A DNA stretch of 42,794 nucleotides from Candidatus Nealsonbacteria bacterium. Lineage in GTDB: Bacteria; Patescibacteriota; Minisyncoccia; Minisyncoccales; MHMH01. How positions within the stretch are numbered: position 1 is the stretch's first letter; every line of letters begins with the position of its first letter. Shown here piece after piece: positions 1 through 9,952 of the stretch. The DNA lies in NCBI GenBank assembly GCA_016181985.1, contig JACOYG010000001.1, forward strand, positions 1-42,794, written 5' to 3'. The position numbers and the translations under genes were made by a program. Under the pieces are notes generated by a model. It saw only the letters and a program-made list of their open reading frames with translations, made no database searches and was not told where the DNA came from.

Positions 1-705
1 CAAAACCCGGAAATTAAAATTATCACCATCGAGGACCCCATTGAATACCACCTTGAGGGCGTTTCTCAAACTCAAGTTCAGCCGCAGAAAGGATATGACT
101 TCGCCAGCGGCTTAAAATCTATCGTCCGACAAGACCCGGACGTAATTTTAGTCGGAGAAATAAGAGACACGGAGACCGTTAATATCGCCCTGCAAGCAGC
201 CCTAACGGGGCATTTGGTTTTCACGACTCTGCATACCAATGATGCCGCGGGCACAATAGCCAGACTGACAAGCCTGGGGGCAACCCCGTCGAACATCGGC
301 CCTGCCGTAAATTTAACAATCGCTCAAAGACTGGTCAGAAAAGTATGTGAAAAATGCGTAAAGTTTGTGAAAATTTCGACCGGAGATTTAGAGAGATTAA
401 CCGTGGAATTAAAAGGATTGCCAAGGGCCATTAAGATTCCTAAGCTGGCGGAAAATTTAAAAATCCCCGAGGTTAAAGGGTGCAAGCATTGCAACTTCAC
501 CGGCTACAAAGGGAGATTAGGAGTTTACGAAGGTTTTTTGATAGATGATGAAATCGAGAGGTTTATAATCAAGGAGCCTTCGATCGCCGCACTGAAAGAA
601 TTTGCGATAAAAAAGGGCATGGTCACCATAAAACAAGACGGTTTTATTAAGGTATTGCAAAATCTCACCACAATCGAAGAGGTGGTGAGAGTAACCGGAG
701 AATAG
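1..705 (+). CDS. Type IV pilus/T2SS assembly ATPase (PilB/GspE family), 5'-truncated by the window edge
   Basis: Frame 1 is open from base 1: ITIEDPIEY, RQDPDVILVGEIRD, AALTGHLVFTTLHTNDA, CxxC...CxxC, GYKGRLGVYE. Confidence 0.92.
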   Translation, partial: QNPEIKIITIEDPIEYHLEGVSQTQVQPQKGYDFASGLKSIVRQDPDVILVGEIRDTETVNIALQAALTGHLVFTTLHTNDAAGTIARLTSLGATPSNIGPAVNLTIAQRLVRKVCEKCVKFVKISTGDLERLTVELKGLPRAIKIPKLAENLKIPEVKGCKHCNFTGYKGRLGVYEGFLIDDEIERFIIKEPSIAALKEFAIKKGMVTIKQDGFIKVLQNLTTIEEVVRVTGE

Positions 706-824
706 TGCTGGAGCTGGGGGCAACACTCTAGCTTGGGAACTTAAAGTTTAGAATATCTCTGAGGAATAGCTCAGCATGACCTGGGCTATCCGGCCAAAAG
801 ATATTCCTACCCCCAGCTCCAGCA
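706..824 (+). other. Long intergenic stem-loop (putative structured RNA or terminator-like element)
   Basis: Perfect 15 bp inverted repeat tgctggagctggggg (706-720) / cccccagctccagca (810-824), enclosing nested stems gaatatct/agatattc and ggaatagctcag/ctgggctatcc. Confidence 0.5.
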
Positions 825-854
825 TTACTCACTGACCCCTTATTATAATCCATT

Positions 855-1859
855 ATGAAAAATTTGTCAATACCGCCGCCGGCCGATCAAGGGTTGGACC
901 AGACCCTAAGACCCAAGACATGGCAGGAATATATCGGCCAGGAAAAAATAAAAAGAAACCTTAGGGTTATTATTGATGCGTCTAAAAAAAGAGGCGAACC
1001 TTTGGAGCATCTGCTTTTTTACGGTAATTCCGGCCTGGGAAAAACCACGCTCTCCCATATTATCGCCCAAGAAATGGGCGCGAGCATTAAAATGACTTCG
1101 GGACCGGCCATCGAAAGAGCCGGAGATTTGGCGGCTATTTTAACTAATCTTTCCGACGGCGATATTCTTTTTATAGACGAATGCCACCGATTGAATAAAA
1201 TAATCGAAGAATATCTTTACCCGGCCATGGAAGATTTTAAATTGAATATTATTATCGGCAAGGGACCCATGGCCAGCACCATGGAGTTGCCCTTGCCCCA
1301 CTTTACCTTAATCGGCGCCACTACCAGGGTCGCCATGATATCTTCTCCTTTAAGAAACAGGTTCGGAGCAACTTTCCAACTTAGTTTTTACGGATCGGAG
1401 GATATTGAAAAAATAATTCAAAGATCCGCCAAAATTTTAAACGTTGAGATAGAGTCGGACGCCGTAAAATTAATCAGCCAGAGATCGCGCTTTACGCCCA
1501 GGGTGGCAAATAGACTCTTAAAGAGGGCCAGAGATTTTGCCCAGGTTGAAGGCCAGGGATTAATTACCGAAAATATGGCCAAAAAGGCCCTGGAACTTTT
1601 AGAAATTGACGAAGCTGGGCTTGAGTATGGCGACAGAAGGATATTGGAGACTTTAATCACTAAGTTTGAAGGCGGCCCCGTAGGATTGCAAACATTGGCC
1701 GCGGCCACTTCGGAGGAACAAGACGCTCTTTTAGACGTTTATGAGCCTTATTTGATGCAACTCGGCTTTATGGAAAGAACCCCCAAGGGTCGCATGGCCA
1801 CCAAGCTCGCCTATGCGCACCTAGGCATAAAATACAAAGGCAATCAAAACCTGCTTTAA
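855..1859 (+). CDS. ruvB: Holliday junction branch migration helicase RuvB
   Basis: [12 protein letters not shown], Walker [44 protein letters not shown]. Confidence 0.97.
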   Translation: MKNLSIPPPADQGLDQTLRPKTWQEYIGQEKIKRNLRVIIDASKKRGEPLEHLLFYGNSGLGKTTLSHIIAQEMGASIKMTSGPAIERAGDLAAILTNLSDGDILFIDECHRLNKIIEEYLYPAMEDFKLNIIIGKGPMASTMELPLPHFTLIGATTRVAMISSPLRNRFGATFQLSFYGSEDIEKIIQRSAKILNVEIESDAVKLISQRSRFTPRVANRLLKRARDFAQVEGQGLITENMAKKALELLEIDEAGLEYGDRRILETLITKFEGGPVGLQTLAAATSEEQDALLDVYEPYLMQLGFMERTPKGRMATKLAYAHLGIKYKGNQNLL

Positions 1860-2374
1860 TGAGACTTTTAATTTTCCTAGTCGTTTTTTCTTTTTTGACG
1901 GCTAACGGACTCTATGCCGCCGATACTTCGGGTTGTATAAACATTAATACCGCGCCGAAAGAAGAATTGGTAAAAATTACGCAAATTGGCGAAGCTCGCG
2001 CGGCACAAATTTTGAGCCTGCGGGAGGAAAAATTATTCTCTTCCGTGAATGATCTAGATCGCGTGGCCGGTATCGGACCCGCCAGAATCGCCAGCATTAA
2101 AGAGCAGGGCCTAGCTTGTGTTGCGGAGAACGGGTCTCCGCAAATTCCATCGACAATCAGCTCGACAGTTGATGAACCGACTAAGTCTGCTGAAGAAAAA
2201 ATGAAACCGCCCGCTGTAACTATTGGGCAGGAACCTCCGCAAGTTGAGATAGCTGCTATCAGCGGCGAGCTTCCTAATGATTCCGACACCTCCATCTTGC
2301 TGCCGGTTGCTATCTTTACTTCTTTTTCCGGCGGGGTTATGATACTATTGCTTAAAAGATATGTCAGGACATAG
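1859..2374 (+). CDS. ComEA-like helix-hairpin-helix DNA-binding protein with N-terminal signal and C-terminal TM segment
   Basis: ININTAPKEEL..ITQIGEARA..F.SVNDL.RV.GIGP. Confidence 0.8.
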   Translation: MRLLIFLVVFSFLTANGLYAADTSGCININTAPKEELVKITQIGEARAAQILSLREEKLFSSVNDLDRVAGIGPARIASIKEQGLACVAENGSPQIPSTISSTVDEPTKSAEEKMKPPAVTIGQEPPQVEIAAISGELPNDSDTSILLPVAIFTSFSGGVMILLLKRYVRT

Positions 2375-3098
2375 TCATGCAAAAACAATCAAACATCAGA
2401 AAGGTTTAGCCGACGCCAAGAGAAGCGCGGCGTTTTCCAAGGCCGCAAAAGAGCTTGAAATAGCCGCCAAAGAAGGCGGAGATCCGGTATTCAACTCTAA
2501 ATTGAGGATGGCCATTGAAAAAGCCAAAGAGGTTAATATGCCCGCCGATAACATTGAGCGAGCGGTAAAACGCGGCACGGGAGAATTGGAGGGAGGAAAA
2601 TTGGAGGAGGTTTCTTTTGAGGCCTATGGCCCGGGCAACGTGGCCATTATTATCGACGGCATTACCGATAATAAAAACCGGACGCTGGGAGAAATCAAGC
2701 AAATTTTAAACCAAAATAACGGAAAGTTAGTCGGTGAAGGCGCAATAAGGTGGATGTTCGACAGAAAAGGCACCTTGGTTATAAGCATGGGATTGCAGAA
2801 TGAAAATTTCCGAAATAAAGAAAATATGGAACTGGCGGCCATAGAAGCTGGGGCTGAAGATATTTACTGGCATGCCGATGGAAGCATGCTGGATATCTAC
2901 ACCAAACCCGAGGATCTGGAAAAGGTAAGAAAAAGCTTGGAAGAAAAGGGAATCAAAGCCGACTCAACTTCTTTGGGTTGGGTGCCGAAAGAAAATATTA
3001 AAGTTGGCGACAAAGATAAAGAGGCCTGTCAAAAGCTGTTCGAAGCGTTAGACGAAAGCGACGCGGCGCAAGAAGTGTACTCAAATATCGAAGACTAG
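2361..3098 (+). CDS. yebC: YebC/PmpR family protein
   Basis: MSGHS..TIKHQK, NMPADNIERA, EAYGPG, TDNKNRT. Confidence 0.95.
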   Translation: MSGHSHAKTIKHQKGLADAKRSAAFSKAAKELEIAAKEGGDPVFNSKLRMAIEKAKEVNMPADNIERAVKRGTGELEGGKLEEVSFEAYGPGNVAIIIDGITDNKNRTLGEIKQILNQNNGKLVGEGAIRWMFDRKGTLVISMGLQNENFRNKENMELAAIEAGAEDIYWHADGSMLDIYTKPEDLEKVRKSLEEKGIKADSTSLGWVPKENIKVGDKDKEACQKLFEALDESDAAQEVYSNIED

Positions 3099-3105
3099 TT
3101 TAAAT

Positions 3106-3591
3106 ATGATAATTTTAGGCATCGACCCCGGAACGGCAACTACCGGATACGGAGTGATTGATAAATCAAAAACATTAAAATGTTTGGATTATGGCATAAT
3201 CCAAACAAGCCCCTCTTTTACCGATGCGGAACGCTTGAATACTCTAAGCGGCGAACTGGATAAAATAATAAAAAAACACAATCCTGAAATTCTGGCCGTA
3301 GAAAGCATTTATTTTTTTAAAAATCTAAAGACTGCCCTGCCCGTGAGCCAAGCAAGGGGGGTTATCCTGCTGGCTGCCGGAAAGAAAAAAATTCCGGTGA
3401 AAGAAATCACCCCTCTCCAGGTAAAGATGGGGGTCGCAGGTTACGGCAGAGCGGAAAAAAAACAAGTCCAAAAAATGATTCAGTATTTGCTTAATTTGGC
3501 GGAAATGCCTAAGCCCGACGATGCGGCGGATGCTCTTGCGGTGGCGGTTTGCTGCGCAAAAGGCCTGCGAGGCATTGACAGGTCCCTTTGA
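3106..3591 (+). CDS. ruvC: Holliday junction resolvase RuvC
   Basis: ILGIDPG...TGYG, AVE..YF.KN, QARG, DDAADALAVA. Confidence 0.96.
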   Translation: MIILGIDPGTATTGYGVIDKSKTLKCLDYGIIQTSPSFTDAERLNTLSGELDKIIKKHNPEILAVESIYFFKNLKTALPVSQARGVILLAAGKKKIPVKEITPLQVKMGVAGYGRAEKKQVQKMIQYLLNLAEMPKPDDAADALAVAVCCAKGLRGIDRSL

Positions 3592-3602
3592 GCCCTTATA
3601 AT
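3575..3602 (+). promoter_or_regulatory. Sigma70-type promoter for the small acidic ORF
   Basis: TTGACA (3575-3580), 16 nt spacer, TATAAT (3597-3602). Confidence 0.65.
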
Positions 3603-3660
3603 ATCCTTGTAGAATCAATCCAAGGTCGATTATATCTAATAGAAACTAATTAATGCGAAT

Positions 3661-3804
3661 ATGTCTTACGACGAAATCTTAAATTCTTTCGTCATGGAAG
3701 ATGTCCCGGAAGAAGATGAGGAAGACGAGGACGGAGAAGAAGCCGAAGTTCCAGACGACGGAGAGGCCGCGAGCGATTACGATGGCCAGCTCGAAGAAAT
3801 ATAA
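3661..3804 (+). CDS. Small hyper-acidic protein (47 aa, absent from the ORF track)
   Basis: MSYDEILNSFVMEDVPEEDEEDEDGEEAEVPDDGEAASDYDGQLEEI; flanked by a consensus promoter and a terminator. Confidence 0.7.
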   Translation: MSYDEILNSFVMEDVPEEDEEDEDGEEAEVPDDGEAASDYDGQLEEI

Positions 3805-3805
3805 A

Positions 3806-3843
3806 ACAAAAAACCCTCCAGCTATCGGAGGGTTTTTTGTTTT
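3806..3843. terminator. Bidirectional intrinsic terminator
   Basis: aaaaaccctcc-agctatc-ggagggttttt between the convergent small ORF and tyrS. Confidence 0.8.
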
Positions 3844-5008
3844 ACGCAATCTTAACAAATTTTCTCTTGCCCGCCCGGATAATTTGCCCTCGCTTAATTT
3901 CTATTTGCTCTCTCCAATCTTTTTTAATTTCTTCGTTAATTTCAACGCCGCCCTGCTCGACTAGGCGCTGGGCTTCTGATTTGGACGAGCATAAATTTGC
4001 TTTCACCAGCAAATCAAGAATATTAAGTGTTTTTTCTTGAATTTCCACTTCCGGAATATCAGACGGGGCTTGTTTCTCTTTAAAAACACGGTTGAATTCG
4101 GCGCCCGCGCTTTCCTCCGCCTTTTCCCCGTGATAAATTTTAACAATCTCTTTTGCTAATTTGGCTTTGGCGTCTCTCGGCGAAAGGCTTTCTATTTCGG
4201 TTAAGGGAATCCTAGTGCAAAGCTCCAGATAGTCTAGAATAAGATCATCCCTTAAGGACATTACCTTGCCGAATTGTTCATTTGGGGAATCATTGATATT
4301 GATAACATTTCCCCAGCTGGTAGACATTTTCCGCCCATCTAATCCGGAAAGCATTTTCAATGTCATAATATCTTGCGGTTCCTGATTAAATATCTTTTGA
4401 ATGTCGCGTCCGGTATTTAGATTAAACAGCTGGTCGAAGCCGCCCAATTCAATGTCTGCTTTGACTTTCACCGAGTCAAGCCCCTGCAAAAGCGGGTAAT
4501 TCAGCTCGTGCAGACCGATGGGTTTCCCCCCCTCCCATCTTTCTTTAAAATTTCTCCTTTGTATCATTTGCTGCGCCGTAAATTTAACGGACAGGTCGAG
4601 CAGTTCTCCGGCGGTGAGCTTTTTCAACCACTCGCTATTATAGTGAAGCTCAATTTTTTCTACATTCAAAATCTTGCTTATTTGTTTGAGATAGCTGCTC
4701 ATGTTCGTTTTAATATCTTTTTCTGTTAATGGCCGCCTCATCGCCTGCTTGTCTGAGGCGTCGCCAATTTGAGCAGTAAAATCGCCTATTATTAAAACAA
4801 TCTTATGCCCCAACTCCTGGAAGTCTTTCAATTTAAGAAATTGGGCGGCTCGGCCGATATGAATATTCGGCCCGGTTGGATCAATGCCGTGTTTCACCCT
4901 TAAAACTTCTCCTAACAGGAGTTTTTTTCTTAGATGGTCCCTATTGATAATCTGCTCCACCCCTCTGCTTAAAAGCTCTTCAATTTTTTTAGAATCAATG
5001 TTCTTCAT
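3842..5008 (-). CDS. tyrS: Tyrosine--tRNA ligase
   Basis: GIDPTGPNIHIGR (HIGH-like), KMSTS, C-terminal S4 domain; ATG at 5008 preferred over the track start 5017. Confidence 0.96.
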   Translation of the reverse strand: MKNIDSKKIEELLSRGVEQIINRDHLRKKLLLGEVLRVKHGIDPTGPNIHIGRAAQFLKLKDFQELGHKIVLIIGDFTAQIGDASDKQAMRRPLTEKDIKTNMSSYLKQISKILNVEKIELHYNSEWLKKLTAGELLDLSVKFTAQQMIQRRNFKERWEGGKPIGLHELNYPLLQGLDSVKVKADIELGGFDQLFNLNTGRDIQKIFNQEPQDIMTLKMLSGLDGRKMSTSWGNVININDSPNEQFGKVMSLRDDLILDYLELCTRIPLTEIESLSPRDAKAKLAKEIVKIYHGEKAEESAGAEFNRVFKEKQAPSDIPEVEIQEKTLNILDLLVKANLCSSKSEAQRLVEQGGVEINEEIKKDWREQIEIKRGQIIRAGKRKFVKIA

Positions 5009-5067
5009 TATTCTCAATTTATCATGGTTTCAAAAAAAATAAAAGAATGGTATATTAAAAATTAGAC

Positions 5068-7179
5068 ATGGTTAAGCGAAAACTTCGTCGGAAAATCTAC
5101 AAAAAACATCCCCGTCTATTCTTAGCCCTCAAAATCGTTTTGGGCGGTTTTTTATTGTCATTACTCTTTATTTCCGCTTTATTCCTATATTTCGCCAAAG
5201 ATCTGCCAAGGCCCGAGGTTTTTACCGAAAAGCCGTTTGTTCTACCGACCGAAATATATGACAGGGAGGGTAGGGTTCTTCTGTACCAAATATATGACGA
5301 AGAAAAAAGAACTGTTGTTCCCTTAAGCCAAGTTCCCGAAAGCTTAAAGAGCGCGGTGATCACAGCCGAAGACTCTAATTTCTATCACCACTTCGGATTA
5401 GACATTAACGGCATTCTTCGATCGGTTTTAAAAAATTTAAGCATGAGAAACCTGGTTTACGGCGGTTCAACCATTTCCCAGCAGTTAATCAGGTCCAGCT
5501 TTCTTTCAACCGAAAAAACCGCTCGAAGAAAGATTAAAGAGATTATTCTGACTCTCGAATTGGAAAGGCGTTATTCTAAAGATAAAATTTTGGAATTCTA
5601 TTTAAATCAAATTCCTTTCGGCGCAAACGCTTATGGCGTTGAGGCGGCCGCCCAGGTTTATTTTAGCAAGCCGGTTTCAGAAATATCCTTGTCTCAAGCC
5701 GCCGCCTTGGCCGCGCTGATAAGAGCGCCCAGCCGCCTTTCTCTTGCCGAAAACAGAGAAGAGCTGATCTCAATCAGAAATTATATCTTACGGAGAATGG
5801 CGCAAAATAGCTACATCAGCGAAGACGAGTCCCAAAAAAGTCAAAACGAAATTTTACAATTCGCCGAAATTCGCCATCCCATCAAGGCCCCCCATTTTGT
5901 GCTTTACGTTAAAAATTATCTTGAAGAAAATTATCCTGATTATTTTCTTAAAACCGGCGGTCTAAAAGTCTTTACCACATTAGATTGGCAGCTCCAGCAA
6001 TTGGCAGAAGAAATAGTAAAAAATGGCGTAAAAATCAACGAAGCTTATAACGCGCACAACGCCTCTTTAGTTGCGATTGATCCTAATAAAGGAGAAATTT
6101 TGGCTATGGTTGGATCTGCTGATTATTTCGGAGAATCATACCCTAAAGGCTGCGTCTCGGGCAGTTTGGACCAACCCTGTCTTTTTGACCCCAAGGTTAA
6201 TGCGGCCGTTTATGGCAGGGGCAGACAGCCTGGTTCATCATTTAAACCTTTTGTTTACTATTTGGCTCTTAAAAATGGCATTACCCCGGAAACTGTTTTA
6301 TGGGATGTCAAAACTGAATTTAATCCTGACTGCGACCCCTCGGCCGATCAGGAAAAAGATAAATTTGGCATGGATTGCTACCATCCCAATAATTACGATG
6401 AAAAATTCAGAGGCCCCATAACTTTAAAAAATGCTTTAGCCCAATCGATTAACCTTCCCGCCGTAGAAATGCTTTATCTGGTCGGGCAACAAAACACATT
6501 AGATTTGGCTCATTCCTTGGGTATCACAACTCTTCAAGAACCGGCATCTTACTATGGACTTTCTTTGGTTTTAGGCGGTGGTGAAGTTAAATTATTAGAT
6601 ATAACGTCGGCATATGGAACCTTTGCCTCTCGGGGACTAAAAACTCCCCCTGTTTCAATTATTAAAATATCCGATACTAAAGGAAACATCATCGAAGAAA
6701 ATAAAAAAACTCCGAAAAGAGTTTTAGATCCTAAAATTGTTGATAAAGTAAGCAATATTTTATCCGACGATGAAGCAAGAGCGCCCATATTCGGCTACAG
6801 AGGGTCGTTGTATATCCCTGGACATCAGGTTGCTGTTAAAACTGGTACTACCCAAGAATACAAAGACGCTTGGACTATCGGCTATACTAATTCTTTGGTA
6901 GTCGGCGTTTGGGCCGGAAATAACGATTCCACCCCTATAGAAAGAAAATCCGGGGTAGCCATAGCCAGTCCTATTTGGAATAAATTTATAAAAAAAGCTC
7001 TGGAATTATACCCCTCCAAAAATTTTATTGAACCCGAACCAACTCTGGCAATAAACTCCGCCACTTCAACTCACTCTATTTTATATTATTTAAAAGATAA
7101 ACCCGAAATCGATCCCCAATACCAAAATTGGGAAATCGCTATCCAAAACTGGATAGCGAGCTCAACCACATTCCATTAA
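5068..7179 (+). CDS. Class A penicillin-binding protein (transglycosylase + transpeptidase)
   Basis: N-terminal TM, AEDSNFY.H.G, GGSTISQQL, RKIKE, SxxK (GSSFKP), SIN, KTGT. Confidence 0.93.
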   Translation: MVKRKLRRKIYKKHPRLFLALKIVLGGFLLSLLFISALFLYFAKDLPRPEVFTEKPFVLPTEIYDREGRVLLYQIYDEEKRTVVPLSQVPESLKSAVITAEDSNFYHHFGLDINGILRSVLKNLSMRNLVYGGSTISQQLIRSSFLSTEKTARRKIKEIILTLELERRYSKDKILEFYLNQIPFGANAYGVEAAAQVYFSKPVSEISLSQAAALAALIRAPSRLSLAENREELISIRNYILRRMAQNSYISEDESQKSQNEILQFAEIRHPIKAPHFVLYVKNYLEENYPDYFLKTGGLKVFTTLDWQLQQLAEEIVKNGVKINEAYNAHNASLVAIDPNKGEILAMVGSADYFGESYPKGCVSGSLDQPCLFDPKVNAAVYGRGRQPGSSFKPFVYYLALKNGITPETVLWDVKTEFNPDCDPSADQEKDKFGMDCYHPNNYDEKFRGPITLKNALAQSINLPAVEMLYLVGQQNTLDLAHSLGITTLQEPASYYGLSLVLGGGEVKLLDITSAYGTFASRGLKTPPVSIIKISDTKGNIIEENKKTPKRVLDPKIVDKVSNILSDDEARAPIFGYRGSLYIPGHQVAVKTGTTQEYKDAWTIGYTNSLVVGVWAGNNDSTPIERKSGVAIASPIWNKFIKKALELYPSKNFIEPEPTLAINSATSTHSILYYLKDKPEIDPQYQNWEIAIQNWIASSTTFH

Positions 7180-8312
7180 ATAGATTTAATCGGCATTACT
7201 ATATAGATGTAGCTGGTGTCGGTTTTTGGTTTTAAGGCGGCGGGGCCGTCCTCTCCATTAAGCTCAAAAATAACCTCCGGTTCTTTTATATTTAAAAGAC
7301 CGTCTATTATAAATCTGTAATTAAAAGAAACCTCCATTTCTTTGGGAGAAGAATTATATTTTATTTGTCCCTGCAAAAAACTTTGATTTTCCCCTGATTC
7401 CGAATTTTGAGAGAATATTTCTATCCCCTCTTTTTGGGGAGTTAATTTAATTTTTACTTCATTAGTTTTTCCGCTGAAAATACCGGCGGTTTTAATGTGA
7501 TTTAAAAGTTTTTCTTTTGATAATACCGCCTGAACTTCATACTTTTTTGGAATTATACCCTGATAATCGGGATATTCTCCCTCAATAACCCGCGAAATTA
7601 TCTGCACTTGGGGATGCGGCGTTTCTGTCATTAAATATTCAAACAAAACTTGGTTTTGTGAAAAATAAAATCTTAATTTTCCTTCTTTTTCCGAAAAAAT
7701 ATTAATTATTTCTCTTACTGATTTTTGAGGAAGAATAAAAGAAAAATCTTGGTTTATTTTTTCTTCAAAAGATAAAACTTTTTCCGCCAACCTAAAACTG
7801 TCTGTAGTGGCCAGTGTCAGATTATTTTTTTTAAAATTAAAATAAACACCGGATAATTCAGGCCTATTTTGGTTCAAAACTACAAAATCAACCACCTGAG
7901 ATAACCCATTACAAAAATTATTGCAATTTAACTCTATAAAATTACTGCCTTCTATTTTAGGAATAATAGGAAATTCTTCGGCTGATAATCCTTTAATTTT
8001 AGTTTGATAATCCTGACAGTTGATATTAATTATCTGATTTTTTAATTCTAAATTAATTTTATCTTCGGGTAATAAATTAATAAAACTAGATAAAATTTTA
8101 GCCGGGACGGTTATTTTTCCTTCTTTTTCGGTTTTTATTAAAGACCAATATTTAATTCCTAATTCTAAATCAGTGGCGGATAAATTTAAAAAGTTTTTTT
8201 CGACGGAAATTAAAATATTATTTAAAATAGGCAGCGTTAAATTTTTACCAGCAACCCTGTTTATAAAATTTAACCCCTGATTTAAATTTTCTTTTAAAAC
8301 TGTAAATTTCAT
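7176..8312 (-). CDS. dnaN: DNA polymerase III beta clamp
   Basis: ATDLE, TDSFRLAE, IEGEYPDY, YIVMPI. Confidence 0.96.
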   Translation of the reverse strand: MKFTVLKENLNQGLNFINRVAGKNLTLPILNNILISVEKNFLNLSATDLELGIKYWSLIKTEKEGKITVPAKILSSFINLLPEDKINLELKNQIININCQDYQTKIKGLSAEEFPIIPKIEGSNFIELNCNNFCNGLSQVVDFVVLNQNRPELSGVYFNFKKNNLTLATTDSFRLAEKVLSFEEKINQDFSFILPQKSVREIINIFSEKEGKLRFYFSQNQVLFEYLMTETPHPQVQIISRVIEGEYPDYQGIIPKKYEVQAVLSKEKLLNHIKTAGIFSGKTNEVKIKLTPQKEGIEIFSQNSESGENQSFLQGQIKYNSSPKEMEVSFNYRFIIDGLLNIKEPEVIFELNGEDGPAALKPKTDTSYIYIVMPIKSI

Positions 8313-8474
8313 ATTTAGTATATTATTAATTTATTATTGTTATTATAGATGTTAATAAATAAATTTTTTATACTTAATTGAATATAAATTTATCCTGTGA
8401 AAATATATTATTTAATTAAATTAATAAACTGTTAATTAAAAATTAAAAATTAAAAATTAAAAATTATCCACAAT
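8313..8474. other. Probable oriC (dnaA-dnaN intergenic part)
   Basis: Very AT-rich; perfect DnaA box TTATCCACA at 8464-8472; degenerate boxes (tgttaataa, tgtgaaaat); (aaaatt)n tandem run; tattattgttattatag trinucleotide-periodic tract. Confidence 0.75.
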
Positions 8475-9839
8475 CTATAAACTATATATTTGGTCCTTAA
8501 TTAAGTTTATTTCCTCAGCTAAATTTTCATCTTTTTCTAATTCTTTAGATATTTTATTATAAGCATGAATGGCGGTGGTGTGATCTTTTCCTCCAAATTT
8601 TCTGCCGATAAATGGGAAAGAACTCTTTAATTCATCCCTTAAAATAAACATAGCCACTTGGCGAGGTTTCACAATTTCTTTTCTCCTAGAGACATCAAGA
8701 ATATCACCTTCTTTTAAATCGTAAAAAGAAGCCACGGATTTAATAATATTGTCCGGGTTAATCGCCTTTTTAGGAGAAAATATGACGTTTTTTAAGAGAG
8801 TTTTAGCTGTTTCCACGTCGGGAGTTTTATTATTCAACGCCTGATAAGCGGCCAGCCTATTCAGGGCCCCTTCCAATTCTCTTATGTTTCTTTGAATGTT
8901 TTCAGCGACATATTCGATAACTTCGTTAGAAAAATTAAGTTTTTTTTCTTGAGATTTTGTCTTCAAAATAGCTATTCTGGTTTCCGTATCGGGAAGGCTT
9001 ATATCGGCGATCATCCCTCCCTCAAAGCGCGATTTTAATCTTCCTTCCAAGGAAGAAATGGCTTTTGGCGGGCGATCGGAAGAAAGGATTATTTGTTTAT
9101 TTTTTTCATATAAATTATTGAAAATATGAAAAAACTCTTCCTGGGTTTTTTCTTTGCCGGCTATAAATTGGATATCATCAACTATTAAAACATCGATATC
9201 CTTATAAAGCAGTTTTAGTTTGTCTATGCTGCGATTTTGTATGGAACTCACTATGCCGGAGGCAAGTTTTTCCGAAGATAAATACTTTATTTTCTTTTCC
9301 GGGAACTTTTTTGAAATTTCATTTCCTATAGCCTGCATTAAATGTGTTTTGCCGAGGCCGGTTCCTCCGTAGATGAATAAGGGATTATAAGATGTGCCGG
9401 GACTGCGCACTACCGCCAAGGCAGCGGCTTGGGGCAATTCATTAAAGGGGCCCACCACGAAATTATTAAAAGTATATCGCGGGTTAAGATTGGTTTCTTT
9501 ATCCACTTTTAATTCAACGAACTCCAGTTGAGGAGAGTTGTTGTAAGAGTTGTCTATTAATTGGCTGGCGGAGATGTCCTTCGGCTTAGTTTCGGCATGG
9601 ACAACATTATATTTTATCTCTTTTATTTCCTCATCCAAGCTGTGGAGTATTTTAAATATCAATTTATTGTATTTATTTTCCAGCCATTCTTTGGAAAAAT
9701 TATTAGGGACGGAAACCACAACCCCCCCATTGTCTTTGGAAACAATATTTGTGTTTCTGAACCATGTTGCGAAGTTGGCCTTGGAAATATTAAATTGGAT
9801 TTGAGCAAGCAGGGCTTGCCATAATTCCTCTTTATCCAT
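8475..9839 (-). CDS. dnaA: Chromosomal replication initiator DnaA
   Basis: NPLFIYGGTGLGKTHL, DDIQF, SRFEGG, FGGKDHTT. Confidence 0.98.
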   Translation of the reverse strand: MDKEELWQALLAQIQFNISKANFATWFRNTNIVSKDNGGVVVSVPNNFSKEWLENKYNKLIFKILHSLDEEIKEIKYNVVHAETKPKDISASQLIDNSYNNSPQLEFVELKVDKETNLNPRYTFNNFVVGPFNELPQAAALAVVRSPGTSYNPLFIYGGTGLGKTHLMQAIGNEISKKFPEKKIKYLSSEKLASGIVSSIQNRSIDKLKLLYKDIDVLIVDDIQFIAGKEKTQEEFFHIFNNLYEKNKQIILSSDRPPKAISSLEGRLKSRFEGGMIADISLPDTETRIAILKTKSQEKKLNFSNEVIEYVAENIQRNIRELEGALNRLAAYQALNNKTPDVETAKTLLKNVIFSPKKAINPDNIIKSVASFYDLKEGDILDVSRRKEIVKPRQVAMFILRDELKSSFPFIGRKFGGKDHTTAIHAYNKISKELEKDENLAEEINLIKDQIYSL

Positions 9840-9952
9840 ATAATTTTATTATCGGATTCATTGTACCACATGTCAAACAAGAACAAAATGAATTTAAAAG
9901 TCGGCTTATTGTTGATAAATTGGGTAAAAACTGTTAACATTTAATTAATTAT
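9840..9952. promoter_or_regulatory. dnaA/rpmH divergent control region with DnaA-box-like sites
   Basis: tgttgataa (reverse TTATCAACA, 1 mismatch) near 9910-9918, plus more degenerate boxes. Confidence 0.5.

Noticed and set aside
3701..3964. 87 aa basic ORF in the track
   Set aside because: It is an alternative frame of the acidic ORF and runs through the terminator into tyrS.
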